Positions 28,261 to 38,761 of a stretch of DNA of 64,000 nt are shown piece after piece. The translations under genes were made by a program, and so were the position numbers. This DNA comes from a bacterium (GTDB lineage: Bacteria > SZUA-182 > DTGQ01): positions 1-64,000 of the forward strand of contig JBFMGO010000002.1 in assembly GCA_040752695.1 (NCBI GenBank), read 5' to 3'. The notes under the pieces were generated by a model that saw nothing but the letters and a program-made list of their open reading frames with translations, did no database searches and was not told the DNA's origin. The stretch's first letter is position 1. Each line of letters opens with the position of its first letter.

Positions 28261-31200
28261 ATGAAAAGATCTTTTTCTGCGAGCGGTCGCCGTATTGTTT
28301 TCATGAGCGGTACACTCGTGTGTTTCTTCACCTTTTATCTGCTTTTTCGGGTTTTCCCGGCTGACCGTAAAGCAGGGGCGGCGCAAAAATCTGTCCTGTC
28401 CTGGAGCGGTGAGCCGGGTTTTGCTGCGGACGGGATCGATCCGCAAACCGGTGTTCCGGCAGACACCCTTTTTTCCTACCGCATCAAGTATATCAGTGCA
28501 GATGATGTCCCTCCGGCGCCGGGATATCCGAAAGTTCACATCAAATCGGCAGGGATTGAAATCCTGGGCAGCCCCTTTTCCCTGACCGAGGATGCTGCTG
28601 CTGATATTTCCCTGAAAGATGGAAAGCTTTATACCTTCAAGACCACGCTTGCGGAAGGAGAGGATTACACTTACTGTTTCGAAGCCCTGGACGCGAATGG
28701 GGAACAGGCGGACGGAAATCCCACGGACCCGGTATGCGCACCGCGAGTGGCAGGCAGCATTTTTGTCGACACAGGCGGGGGAAATGACACGACCGGCAAC
28801 GGGAGCCCTGCCACGCCATACAAGACCATCAGCGGGGGACTGAAGCTGGCCGTAAGCGGTCAAACTATCCGGGTCAGGCCAGGGGTCTACGAAGAAACCA
28901 TCATCATGAAAAAGGGGGTCAGTGTGGTCAGCGAATCCGGCGCTGCGCAAACCGTTCTTACTGCCAGCGGAGAGGGGGGGCTGATTCAGAATGGTGCCGT
29001 TGTAACCTTCGCCGGCAAGATCACCGGCTGCACCCTGGCCGGTTTTGATATTTCCAAAGGAAGAAATGGCGAGGGCGGCGTATTCCTGAAAGCTTCGGGC
29101 GAGGGCATCAGTGGGATCACCATTTCGAACTGCATAATACATGATAATACCGGTCCAGGCATCAGGCTTGCCGGACCGGTGTCCGTGACCATAAGCGATA
29201 ATGAAATTTTCAGGAACAGTTGCGCAGGAATCAGCAGTCTGGCTGCATCAAGCGAAAAGCAGGGGGAAGATGCCGCCAGTCAGCAGCAGTGGGAGAATGC
29301 CATCGGAGAATTGACCATAACCTCCGAAGACCGGGAGTTGCCTCTGACCATTTGGAACAATACCATTCACCATAACAGCGGTGCAGGCATTGCTCTTAAG
29401 AGTGCGGATGGAGGTATCGGCTACCGGCTTGCCATCGGTGGTCCCGACCCCCGTAAGGGAAATCAGATTTACTCCAATATCAGGGCAGGCATTGCCCTGG
29501 GGGGGATCGGGCAGGCGACGGTTCAAAACAATTTCCTTTCGAGCAACTGCACCCCACGGCACACCTATGCAGCCGGATTGGTGGTTCAGGATGTTTCTCC
29601 GGAAGGTTCTCTTGTCAGCCTGATTCAGGATAACGACATCAGCAACCACCCAAGACCGGCTATCAAGATCGAGGGGGCATCAAGTCTCATAATTAAAAAT
29701 AATGACCTCTTCAATAATGGGGGAGGTATCGTTTTCCCTGCACACAAAGGATCTGCTTTATGGAGCTTACGCCCCGTTGTGATCAGGGGAAACCGCATCC
29801 ATAACAACAGCAATTGCAGCAACGGCATAACGAAGAGTAACGGCAGCCAAAGCAGCGACAGCAATGCTGTCTGGGGGAGCGCAGAAGCCGGGTCAGGCAT
29901 TATCCTGGGCTCTTTCGATGCAGTAGGGGCAAGCTTTCCGGCCAAGATCACCATAACGCGCAATGAACTGGCCCAGAACCTGGGAACCGGCATTGCTATC
30001 TGGGTTACCTGTGAGGCGGAAATCACCCAAAACAGTATCTATGGAAATCTTGGTGGAGGCGGGGGGATTTTTACTGGCGGAGGAAATCCGTTTTTGATCA
30101 TCCGGAACAACAAGATTCACCATAACCTCATTTTTACCTCCGAGGCGGGAATTGATGTGCGACATGCAGGCGGTACCATTGAAAATAACCTGATCTTCCG
30201 TAACAGCCGGGGAGGAATCCGGTTTGGGGATGGCATTTGTGCCATTATCCAGAATACTGTTGTCTATAACGGCAGCCAGACAAGGGGTGGAGGCATCGTC
30301 TATGGCAGTCTTTCGGAAGACCCCAATGTAAAGGCCGGTGAAAGCTCGGACGGCCTGGTCATGATCCGTAACAATATCAGCGCGTTTAACGAGACCGAGG
30401 GGCTGCTTCTGGGCGGTGAGGATGCGCTCTGCCCTGATAATCCGGATGCTGGAGATGGGGTCCCCTATCGTGATTATAATCTGGTATACGGCAATTATCG
30501 TACCAGCGACAACGATGACGGCAATGATACGGCCGCCGATGACTGCGGATGGGCAAAAGGCCCCCCCTATGTAGTATCCTGCATCCAGAACCAATATGGC
30601 AGATGCGGCCTGAACGAAAGCACGGGGAGCGCAAGGGGCGCAGATGGCACAGGCGGGGCAGATGGCACCGAAAGCTCAGGGGATACATCTTTTATACTCA
30701 CTAATCCCGACGACATCATTGCCGATCCCCTGTTCGTCAATCCTGCCGGAGATAACTATCACCTGAAAGCTGTATCTTTGGCCATTGGTGCAGGGTACGG
30801 CGACAACGACATCGGGGCCTATGGCGGAGAAAACCCCCTGTCAGATGGAGAACTTTTAAGGCAAAAGAGCAGGAGAAGCAAGGGAGCGGTCTTTAAAGAG
30901 CCGGTTTCTTTGGCCCCTTTGGCGGTTTCCTCACCCTTTTCTTTCATCTCTTCGGGAACTGCCACCAGGATTATCCGGGTGACCGACAATTTCTATCAGG
31001 ATGCCTACCCACATCTGCAAGGGGACTTGCTGACCTGGCAAGCGTTCCTGTATCCGAGCGCTGCTGAAGGCAAAAAGAAAAACTGGGAAATCTTCGTTTG
31101 CCACTTACCCACCGAAACCTGGCTCAGGATCACGGACAATGACACAGACGATAGAGCCCCGCAAACTAATGGACAGTATGTAGTCTGGCAGGGCCAGTGT

Positions 31201-32109
31201 GAAACCGGCAGTGAGATTTTTCTGTACCGATGGAAGACATGGGAGAGCATCAGAATCACCAGGGATACCAGCGAGGATTTTTTCCCCCGGATCTGTGGAG
31301 ATTGGATTGTCTGGACATCCCGGCAGCGAAAGAACGATATGCTCCAGCCTGGTGAAATACTGCTCTACCGGATTCCTACCCAGGAAACCTTTAACCTTTC
31401 CGGCATGGTGGATCAAAACAATATCCGGGACGATACTTCCCCCCGCATACAGGAAACCCCGGAAGGGACCCTGGTAAGCTGGAGCAGGGAGGAAGGCGAA
31501 GACAGCCTCCTTTACCTCTATAACCTTGACTTCCTGGGAGAGCCTGGAGTTTTTCCCCAGGCCGCTCCCCGTGACTTTCTGTGGCCGGAAGATCGGCAGA
31601 CAAGCGGAAGTCTTCAGGTGACCAGCCGCAGCGACGGCAGTGAGCGGGAGATTTTTGTCTACCGGCCCGATGTAAACCGGTACCGGCAATTGACCAATAA
31701 CGAGTATGACGACCGATATCCCAGCCTGCACGGAAATCGTGCCGCCTGGATGGCGGGAGATGGTGAGGGTGCCGAGATATTTGCAGCTTTCCTTGATCCT
31801 AACTCATTTTCCGATGCGCCCTATGATCCCAATCCGCTCATAACAGATGATCCCCCGCCTGATCCTCCGGTCACTCCACCTCCCGCTTCCGACCCCAATA
31901 CACCGGAAACGCCGGGGCAAAAGCCCCCTCCTGAGGTGAGGAGTATAATCGAAGAGCCTCCCACCCGATGCTTTATCAGCTCCTGCTGTGCCGCTGGTTG
32001 CCGTTGGCTGGTTGCCCCCTTAATAAGACTATTACGACCAGACAGGGCTATTTACGACCAGACAGGCATATTGCGATCAAGCAGGCGCATAGCAATCAAG
32101 CAGGCATAG
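28261..32109 (+). CDS. Large surface protein: Ig-like N-domain, right-handed beta-helix, TolB-like propeller, Pro-rich linker, CFI-box-like C-terminus
   Basis: N-terminal hydrophobic segment; IFVD..GGNDTTGNGS.ATPYKTI; N/I-rich beta-helix rungs; repeated EIF.Y....RIT.N..D..P.I.G..VW blades; PPDPPVTPP linker; RCFISSC; start (28210/28261/28303) uncertain. Confidence 0.75.
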   Translation: MKRSFSASGRRIVFMSGTLVCFFTFYLLFRVFPADRKAGAAQKSVLSWSGEPGFAADGIDPQTGVPADTLFSYRIKYISADDVPPAPGYPKVHIKSAGIEILGSPFSLTEDAAADISLKDGKLYTFKTTLAEGEDYTYCFEALDANGEQADGNPTDPVCAPRVAGSIFVDTGGGNDTTGNGSPATPYKTISGGLKLAVSGQTIRVRPGVYEETIIMKKGVSVVSESGAAQTVLTASGEGGLIQNGAVVTFAGKITGCTLAGFDISKGRNGEGGVFLKASGEGISGITISNCIIHDNTGPGIRLAGPVSVTISDNEIFRNSCAGISSLAASSEKQGEDAASQQQWENAIGELTITSEDRELPLTIWNNTIHHNSGAGIALKSADGGIGYRLAIGGPDPRKGNQIYSNIRAGIALGGIGQATVQNNFLSSNCTPRHTYAAGLVVQDVSPEGSLVSLIQDNDISNHPRPAIKIEGASSLIIKNNDLFNNGGGIVFPAHKGSALWSLRPVVIRGNRIHNNSNCSNGITKSNGSQSSDSNAVWGSAEAGSGIILGSFDAVGASFPAKITITRNELAQNLGTGIAIWVTCEAEITQNSIYGNLGGGGGIFTGGGNPFLIIRNNKIHHNLIFTSEAGIDVRHAGGTIENNLIFRNSRGGIRFGDGICAIIQNTVVYNGSQTRGGGIVYGSLSEDPNVKAGESSDGLVMIRNNISAFNETEGLLLGGEDALCPDNPDAGDGVPYRDYNLVYGNYRTSDNDDGNDTAADDCGWAKGPPYVVSCIQNQYGRCGLNESTGSARGADGTGGADGTESSGDTSFILTNPDDIIADPLFVNPAGDNYHLKAVSLAIGAGYGDNDIGAYGGENPLSDGELLRQKSRRSKGAVFKEPVSLAPLAVSSPFSFISSGTATRIIRVTDNFYQDAYPHLQGDLLTWQAFLYPSAAEGKKKNWEIFVCHLPTETWLRITDNDTDDRAPQTNGQYVVWQGQCETGSEIFLYRWKTWESIRITRDTSEDFFPRICGDWIVWTSRQRKNDMLQPGEILLYRIPTQETFNLSGMVDQNNIRDDTSPRIQETPEGTLVSWSREEGEDSLLYLYNLDFLGEPGVFPQAAPRDFLWPEDRQTSGSLQVTSRSDGSEREIFVYRPDVNRYRQLTNNEYDDRYPSLHGNRAAWMAGDGEGAEIFAAFLDPNSFSDAPYDPNPLITDDPPPDPPVTPPPASDPNTPETPGQKPPPEVRSIIEEPPTRCFISSCCAAGCRWLVAPLIRLLRPDRAIYDQTGILRSSRRIAIKQA

Positions 32110-32148
32110 TGCAATCAAGCAGGTTTATTGCGAGCAGATAGGGCTATT
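32030..32148. repeat. Degenerate 17-21-bp tandem repeats across the 3' end of the 1299-aa gene
   Basis: ttacgaccagacagg x2, then gc(g/a)atcaagcagg x3. Confidence 0.75.
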
Positions 32149-32613
32149 TCGGATAATGTGAAAGCAGCAAATCAATGAAACCGTAATTTGGTATAACAAA
32201 AAAAATACTCCTGTTCTTAAAAAGCTATGTAGACTTAGAATGATATATTTATCAATCGGTTATCACAAGAGTAACACCCATGGCCGAGTATGGAAAGAAC
32301 TCACCGCAACTCCAATAAATTACAATTCCTACAGATTTGATTGACCCTTATCCTCTCTTTTGGTTATTATATTGCATAGTAGGAGTAAACAAAAGAAAAA
32401 AATTGATTATAGAATTATGACCAGGGGATATGATAACTCAAGATAACTGCCGTTCCCTTTTGAAGGGACTTTCTAAGGGAGGTGATTGGCAAGAGGCATA
32501 AAAAAAATGCTCATTGACACAAGAATTCATGAGAATTAATGCACGTTGATCGAAAAAGGTTTTGAGCGTTACAAGGTTCGTTAATGCATGCGTAATCGGA
32601 GAAGGAAAGGTTT

Positions 32614-35600
32614 ATGAGAAGGTATAGTTGGTTAAAGAGATTTTCCCTTACGAGTGTGGCAGCATTGTTTCTCTTAACGGTAGCTGCGACAGTAATTGCT
32701 TCTGCCCAGGGTCTGGTGACAGCAACTGCTCTGTCCGGCCCGGGGGCGGTGGAGAGTGCCTGGCCATGCCGGGGGTACGATTCAGGCCGCACCAGTCAAA
32801 GTCCCTATGTCGGGGCGCAATCGAGCACTTTGAAATGGAAATATCAGATCGGCGATAAGCTGCATTCCTCACCAGCCATAGGAGCTGACGGAACAGTCTT
32901 TGTCGGGGGCATGGACAAGATACTTTATGCCATTAGATCCGACGGTGTTCAGCTCTGGAAATATCCGGTTGAGGATGTGATCTATTCTTCACCTGCCATA
33001 GGAGCGGATGGCACGATTTATGTTGGAAGTTACAACGGCAGGATTTATGCTGTAAATCCTCATGGCATCTTGAAATGGAGTACTCTGATCGGATGGAATA
33101 CTGAAACCTCCCCGGTCATAGGAGTGGATGGTACCATCTATATCGGAAGTCATGACGGCAAGGTTTACGCTCTCGACCCGAAGGATGGAAAGCTGAAATG
33201 GGCCTATCAGGCAGCTCCTTTATATATGTATTCCTCACCTGCCATAGGGACTGATGGCACAGTCTACATAGCAGGCTATAACGGCAAGGTTTCCGCCTTA
33301 AGGCCGTCTGACGGCAAACTGGTCTGGAACTGCCAGCCAGATGAAAAAGATACGGGATCAGCCCTTTTGGGGCTGGCTGTCGGAGAGGATGGCACAATCT
33401 ATGTCGGAAGCCAGAATGGTAAAATTTATGCTCTTGGGTCCGACGGCACGGTGAAATGGAAATTCCAAACCGGTGACGAAGTCCGATCCGCACCAGCCGT
33501 AGGCAGCGATGGTACCATCTATGTCGGAAGCTATGATTGCAAGATTTATGCTTTAAGACCCGATGGCACCAAGAAGTGGGAATACACGACCGGAGGCTCT
33601 GTCTACTCCTCCCCGGCCATAGGAGCCGACGGAACGGTTTACTTTGGAAGTTTTGACGGCAGGGTCTATGCCGTGAGACCGGATGGCAGCCTGGGATGGA
33701 GCTATCAGACCAGAGGTCAGATTTATTCCTCCCCTGCTCTTGGAGCTGACGGAACCCTTTATATTGCAAGCTATGATTATCGGCTTTACGCATTCGGTGC
33801 AACGCTTTGCCTGGATAACAGTCAATGCGGTGCCGGAAGTTTTTGCCAAAAAGGTATAGGAGATTGCCTGGGGCAGGGAGTTTGCTCAAGTATACCGCAG
33901 ACCTGCTCTGCTACCTACGATCCTGTCTGCGGCTGCGATGGTAAAGTCTACCATGATTGGTGCCAGGCCGTATCAAAGGCCCAGAGTATTGGCTCGTTGG
34001 GCGGATGCGGGTCAGCACAGCCAGAGGTTTGCGACGGCAAGGATAATAACGGCAATGGCCTGGTGGATGAAAATCTGACCAGGACCTGCACTACTGCGTG
34101 CGGCACAGGAGTAGAGACCTGTCAGAATGGCAAATGGGTTGGCTGTACCGTGTCCAAGCCGCAAACTGAAATCTGCGACGGCCTGGATAATGACTGCGAC
34201 GGCCGGGTGGATGAGGATTTGACGGGAATCTGTACGAGCCAGTGCGGGTCAGGGCAAACGACCTGTCAGAACGGCAAATGGGTTGGCTGTACCGCGCCCA
34301 AACCGCAGGCTGAAATCTGCGACGGCCTTGATAACGACTGTGACGGCCTGGTGGATGAGGATTTGACGGGAATCTGTACGAGCCAGTGCGGGTCAGGGCA
34401 AACGACCTGTCAGAATGGCAAATGGGTTGGCTGTACCGCGCCCAAGCCGCAGACTGAAACCTGCGACGGCCTGGATAATGACTGCGACGGCCGGGTGGAT
34501 GAGGATCTTTGGAAACCCTGTGCCACCCAGTGCGGCTCAGGGCAGGAGACCTGTCAGAATGGCAAATGGGTTGGCTGTACCGCGCCCAAGCCGCAGACTG
34601 AAATCTGCGATGGCCTGGATAATGACTGTGACGGTGAAAAAGACGAGGGAGTAAAGAAAACCTACTATGCGGATAATGATGGGGATCAGTATGGCAATCT
34701 CTCCGTGAGTGTGCAGGAGTGCACTGCTCCGCAAGGCTATGTTGAGGATAGTACCGATTGTGATGATTCAGATGGTACTATCAATCCCGAAGCTTTAGAA
34801 ATCCCCTGTAATGGTAAGGATGATGACTGCCAGGGAGGGGATGATACAACTGTTTGTGACCCGATCGGGCAGGTGGAGAACGAGACAGGAGATCTGGACA
34901 TACCGGGAACCATGATCAATGCAGGAGAGGAGATTTGGATTCCGGTGCGGATTCAGAATGCGCCCAATGGAATCCATAGCTTTGGCTTTACGGTTATCTA
35001 TAACCCGAACACTCTGAAATATTTGGAAGATTTTATGCTGGGAGATCTTATGAGCGGTTCTTCTTCTCAGGTCAGTGTAAATCCTGTTGTCCCTGGAAGA
35101 ATCAATGTAAGTGGATCAATTCCTGAGGGTGAAGCCGGTATCGGGCAAGGATCGAGCGGCATTCTGATTTCGCTGAAATTTGAGCCTGTTGACGGCAGTC
35201 AGGAAGAGACTCAGAGCTACTCGCTGCAACTGCAAGACCTTATGGATAACCTGACATCTTTTTCCACCACAGGGGGCATCCTGACCATCGATCATACTAT
35301 TGATCAACCCGTTGACCAATGCGATGGTGGAGGGGAAAAGAAAACCTACTATGCGGATAATGATGGGGATCAGTATGGCAATCCCTCGGTGAGTGTGCAG
35401 GAGTGCACTGCTCCGCAAGGCTATGTTGAGGATAGTACCGATTGTGATGACTCAGATGAAAACGTCTATCCGCATGCTTATGAAATCCCTTGTAATGGCA
35501 AGGATGATGACTGCCAGGGAGGGGACGATACGACTGTTTGTAACCCGATCGGGCAGGCGGAGGACGAGACAGGGGAGCTGGATATCGCGGGGACCGTAAT

Positions 35601-36876
35601 CAAGGACGGGCAGGAGATTCTTATTCCGGTACGGATTCAGAATGCGCCCAATGAGGTCCATATCTTTGGCTTTACGGTTATCTATAATCCGAACACCCTG
35701 AAATATTTAGAGGAATTTGAGCGGGGAGAGCTTCTTCTGAGTGATACTTCTCAAGTCAGTGCAAATCCTGTTGTCCCTGGGAGAATCAATGTAAGTGGGT
35801 CGATTCCTGAGGGTGAAGCCGGTATCGGGCAAGGATCGAGCGGCATTCTGGCTTTGTTGAAATTTGAGCCTGTTGACGGCAGTCAGGAAGAGACTCAGAG
35901 CTACTCGCTGCAACTGCAAGACCTTATGGATAACCTGACATCTTTTTCCACCACAGGGGGCATCCTGACCATCGATCATACTATTGATCAACCCGTTGAC
36001 CAATGCGATGGTGGAGGGGAAAAGAAAACCTACTATGCGGATAATGATGGGGATCAGTATGGCAATCCCTCGGTGAGTGTGCAGGAGTGCACTGCTCCGC
36101 AAGGCTATGTTGAGGATAGTACCGATTGTGATGACTCAGATGAAAACGTCTATCCGCATGCTTATGAAATCCCTTGTAATGGCAAGGATGATGACTGCCA
36201 GGGAGGGGACGATACGACTGTTTGTAACCCGATCGGGCAGGCGGAGGACGAGACAGGGGAGCTGGATATCGCGGGGACCGTAATCAAGGACGGGCAGGAG
36301 ATTCTTATTCCGGTACGGATTCAGAATGCGCCCAATGAGGTCCATATCTTTGGCTTTACGGTTATCTATAATCCGAACACCCTGAAATATTTAGAGGAAT
36401 TTGAGCGGGGAGAGCTTCTGAGCGATACTTCTCAAGTCAGTGTAAATCCTGTTGTCCCTGGGAGAATCAATGTAAGTGGGTCGATTCCTGAGGGTGAAGC
36501 CGGTATCGGGCAAGGATCGAGCGGCATTCTGGCTTTGTTGAAATTTGCACCCGTTGACGGCAGTCAGGAAGAGACTCAGAGCTACTCGCTGCAACTGCAA
36601 GACCTTATGGGTAACCTGAGATCTTTTTCCGCCACAGGGGGCATCCTGACCATCGATCATACTATTGATCAACCCGTTGACCAATGCAATGGAGATGTTA
36701 ATGGGGACGGAATCGTTTCCCCCAGGGATTATGTGATAGTCCTGGGGTGTTATAACGAGGCCGTTACCTGCCCTCGATGTTTCGATGTCAATAAGGACGG
36801 GACGGTCAGTCCGGCTGATGCTCAGTGCATATTCAATAAATATATGGGGAATCCTTCCTGTCTGGATCAACCATAG
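32614..36876 (+). CDS. Scaffoldin-like exported protein: PQQ-like beta-propeller, Kazal-like, Cys-rich MopE-like metal-binding repeats, three cohesin-like modules, C-terminal dockerin
   Basis: Signal peptide; SSPAIG.DGTIYVGS.DGK.YA...DG..KW repeats; PVCGCDG; EICDGLDNDCDG.VDE x5; three units G.LDI.G....G.EI.IPVRIQNAPN....FGFTVIYNPNTLKY ... SGIL..LKF; DVNGDGIVSPRD/DVNKDGTVSPAD. Confidence 0.82.
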   Translation: MRRYSWLKRFSLTSVAALFLLTVAATVIASAQGLVTATALSGPGAVESAWPCRGYDSGRTSQSPYVGAQSSTLKWKYQIGDKLHSSPAIGADGTVFVGGMDKILYAIRSDGVQLWKYPVEDVIYSSPAIGADGTIYVGSYNGRIYAVNPHGILKWSTLIGWNTETSPVIGVDGTIYIGSHDGKVYALDPKDGKLKWAYQAAPLYMYSSPAIGTDGTVYIAGYNGKVSALRPSDGKLVWNCQPDEKDTGSALLGLAVGEDGTIYVGSQNGKIYALGSDGTVKWKFQTGDEVRSAPAVGSDGTIYVGSYDCKIYALRPDGTKKWEYTTGGSVYSSPAIGADGTVYFGSFDGRVYAVRPDGSLGWSYQTRGQIYSSPALGADGTLYIASYDYRLYAFGATLCLDNSQCGAGSFCQKGIGDCLGQGVCSSIPQTCSATYDPVCGCDGKVYHDWCQAVSKAQSIGSLGGCGSAQPEVCDGKDNNGNGLVDENLTRTCTTACGTGVETCQNGKWVGCTVSKPQTEICDGLDNDCDGRVDEDLTGICTSQCGSGQTTCQNGKWVGCTAPKPQAEICDGLDNDCDGLVDEDLTGICTSQCGSGQTTCQNGKWVGCTAPKPQTETCDGLDNDCDGRVDEDLWKPCATQCGSGQETCQNGKWVGCTAPKPQTEICDGLDNDCDGEKDEGVKKTYYADNDGDQYGNLSVSVQECTAPQGYVEDSTDCDDSDGTINPEALEIPCNGKDDDCQGGDDTTVCDPIGQVENETGDLDIPGTMINAGEEIWIPVRIQNAPNGIHSFGFTVIYNPNTLKYLEDFMLGDLMSGSSSQVSVNPVVPGRINVSGSIPEGEAGIGQGSSGILISLKFEPVDGSQEETQSYSLQLQDLMDNLTSFSTTGGILTIDHTIDQPVDQCDGGGEKKTYYADNDGDQYGNPSVSVQECTAPQGYVEDSTDCDDSDENVYPHAYEIPCNGKDDDCQGGDDTTVCNPIGQAEDETGELDIAGTVIKDGQEILIPVRIQNAPNEVHIFGFTVIYNPNTLKYLEEFERGELLLSDTSQVSANPVVPGRINVSGSIPEGEAGIGQGSSGILALLKFEPVDGSQEETQSYSLQLQDLMDNLTSFSTTGGILTIDHTIDQPVDQCDGGGEKKTYYADNDGDQYGNPSVSVQECTAPQGYVEDSTDCDDSDENVYPHAYEIPCNGKDDDCQGGDDTTVCNPIGQAEDETGELDIAGTVIKDGQEILIPVRIQNAPNEVHIFGFTVIYNPNTLKYLEEFERGELLSDTSQVSVNPVVPGRINVSGSIPEGEAGIGQGSSGILALLKFAPVDGSQEETQSYSLQLQDLMGNLRSFSATGGILTIDHTIDQPVDQCNGDVNGDGIVSPRDYVIVLGCYNEAVTCPRCFDVNKDGTVSPADAQCIFNKYMGNPSCLDQP
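34117..34640 (+). repeat. 144-bp (48-aa) intragenic tandem repeat, about 4 copies
   Basis: acctgtcagaa(t/c)ggcaaatgggttggctgtacc at 34117, 34261, 34405 and 34549. Confidence 0.9.
34655..36687 (+). repeat. ~684-bp intragenic tandem repeat, 3 copies (Cys-rich linker plus cohesin-like module)
   Basis: aagaaaacctactatgcggataatgatggggatcagtatggc recurs at about 34655, 35338 and 36022; copies 2 and 3 are nearly identical. Confidence 0.92.
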
Positions 36877-36939
36877 GCACAGCCTTGATGCACCAGGCGT
36901 AATGATGCATCAGCGAAAAAAGAACATGATATTTCAACT

Positions 36940-36967
36940 GGCGGGGTTAAAAACCCCGCCTTTTTTT
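36940..36967 (+). terminator. Rho-independent terminator
   Basis: ggcggggtt-aaa-aaccccgcc followed by a run of 7 T. Confidence 0.85.
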
Positions 36968-36999
36968 CGGCCATACATACCAAGGGTAAGGGGGAATAG

Positions 37000-38528
<1,529 letters not shown>

Positions 38529-38685
38529 TTTTTCTTTTGCCCTCGTTGGGAATCTTATGCCCGGTGGAGGTTTATGTACGCTTTCTATGGTAACGGATCA
38601 GGGAGAGAGACTGAAGGCATTGAGACTATATGAATGAGGAGACAATGCGTCCCGATTGCAATAAGGCTTTTAGACAAACAGCATA

Positions 38686-38750
38686 CAGCCAACAGTCTAC
38701 CAACAGTCTACAGCCAACAGTCTACAGCTAGCAGGCCTTACAGCACCAAC
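38686..38750. repeat. Heptamer-type tandem repeats (cagccaa/cagtcta)
   Basis: cagccaacagtcta units directly downstream of the cheR stop. Confidence 0.7.
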
Positions 38751-38761
38751 AACCTGAGCAG

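Noticed and set aside
28207..29142. 311-aa minus-strand ORF
   Set aside because: Antisense shadow of the 1299-aa surface protein gene
32452..32540. Hairpin plus strong GGAGGTGA site suggesting a leader peptide or riboswitch before the scaffoldin-like gene
   Set aside because: No properly spaced start giving a credible peptide and no recognisable riboswitch consensus
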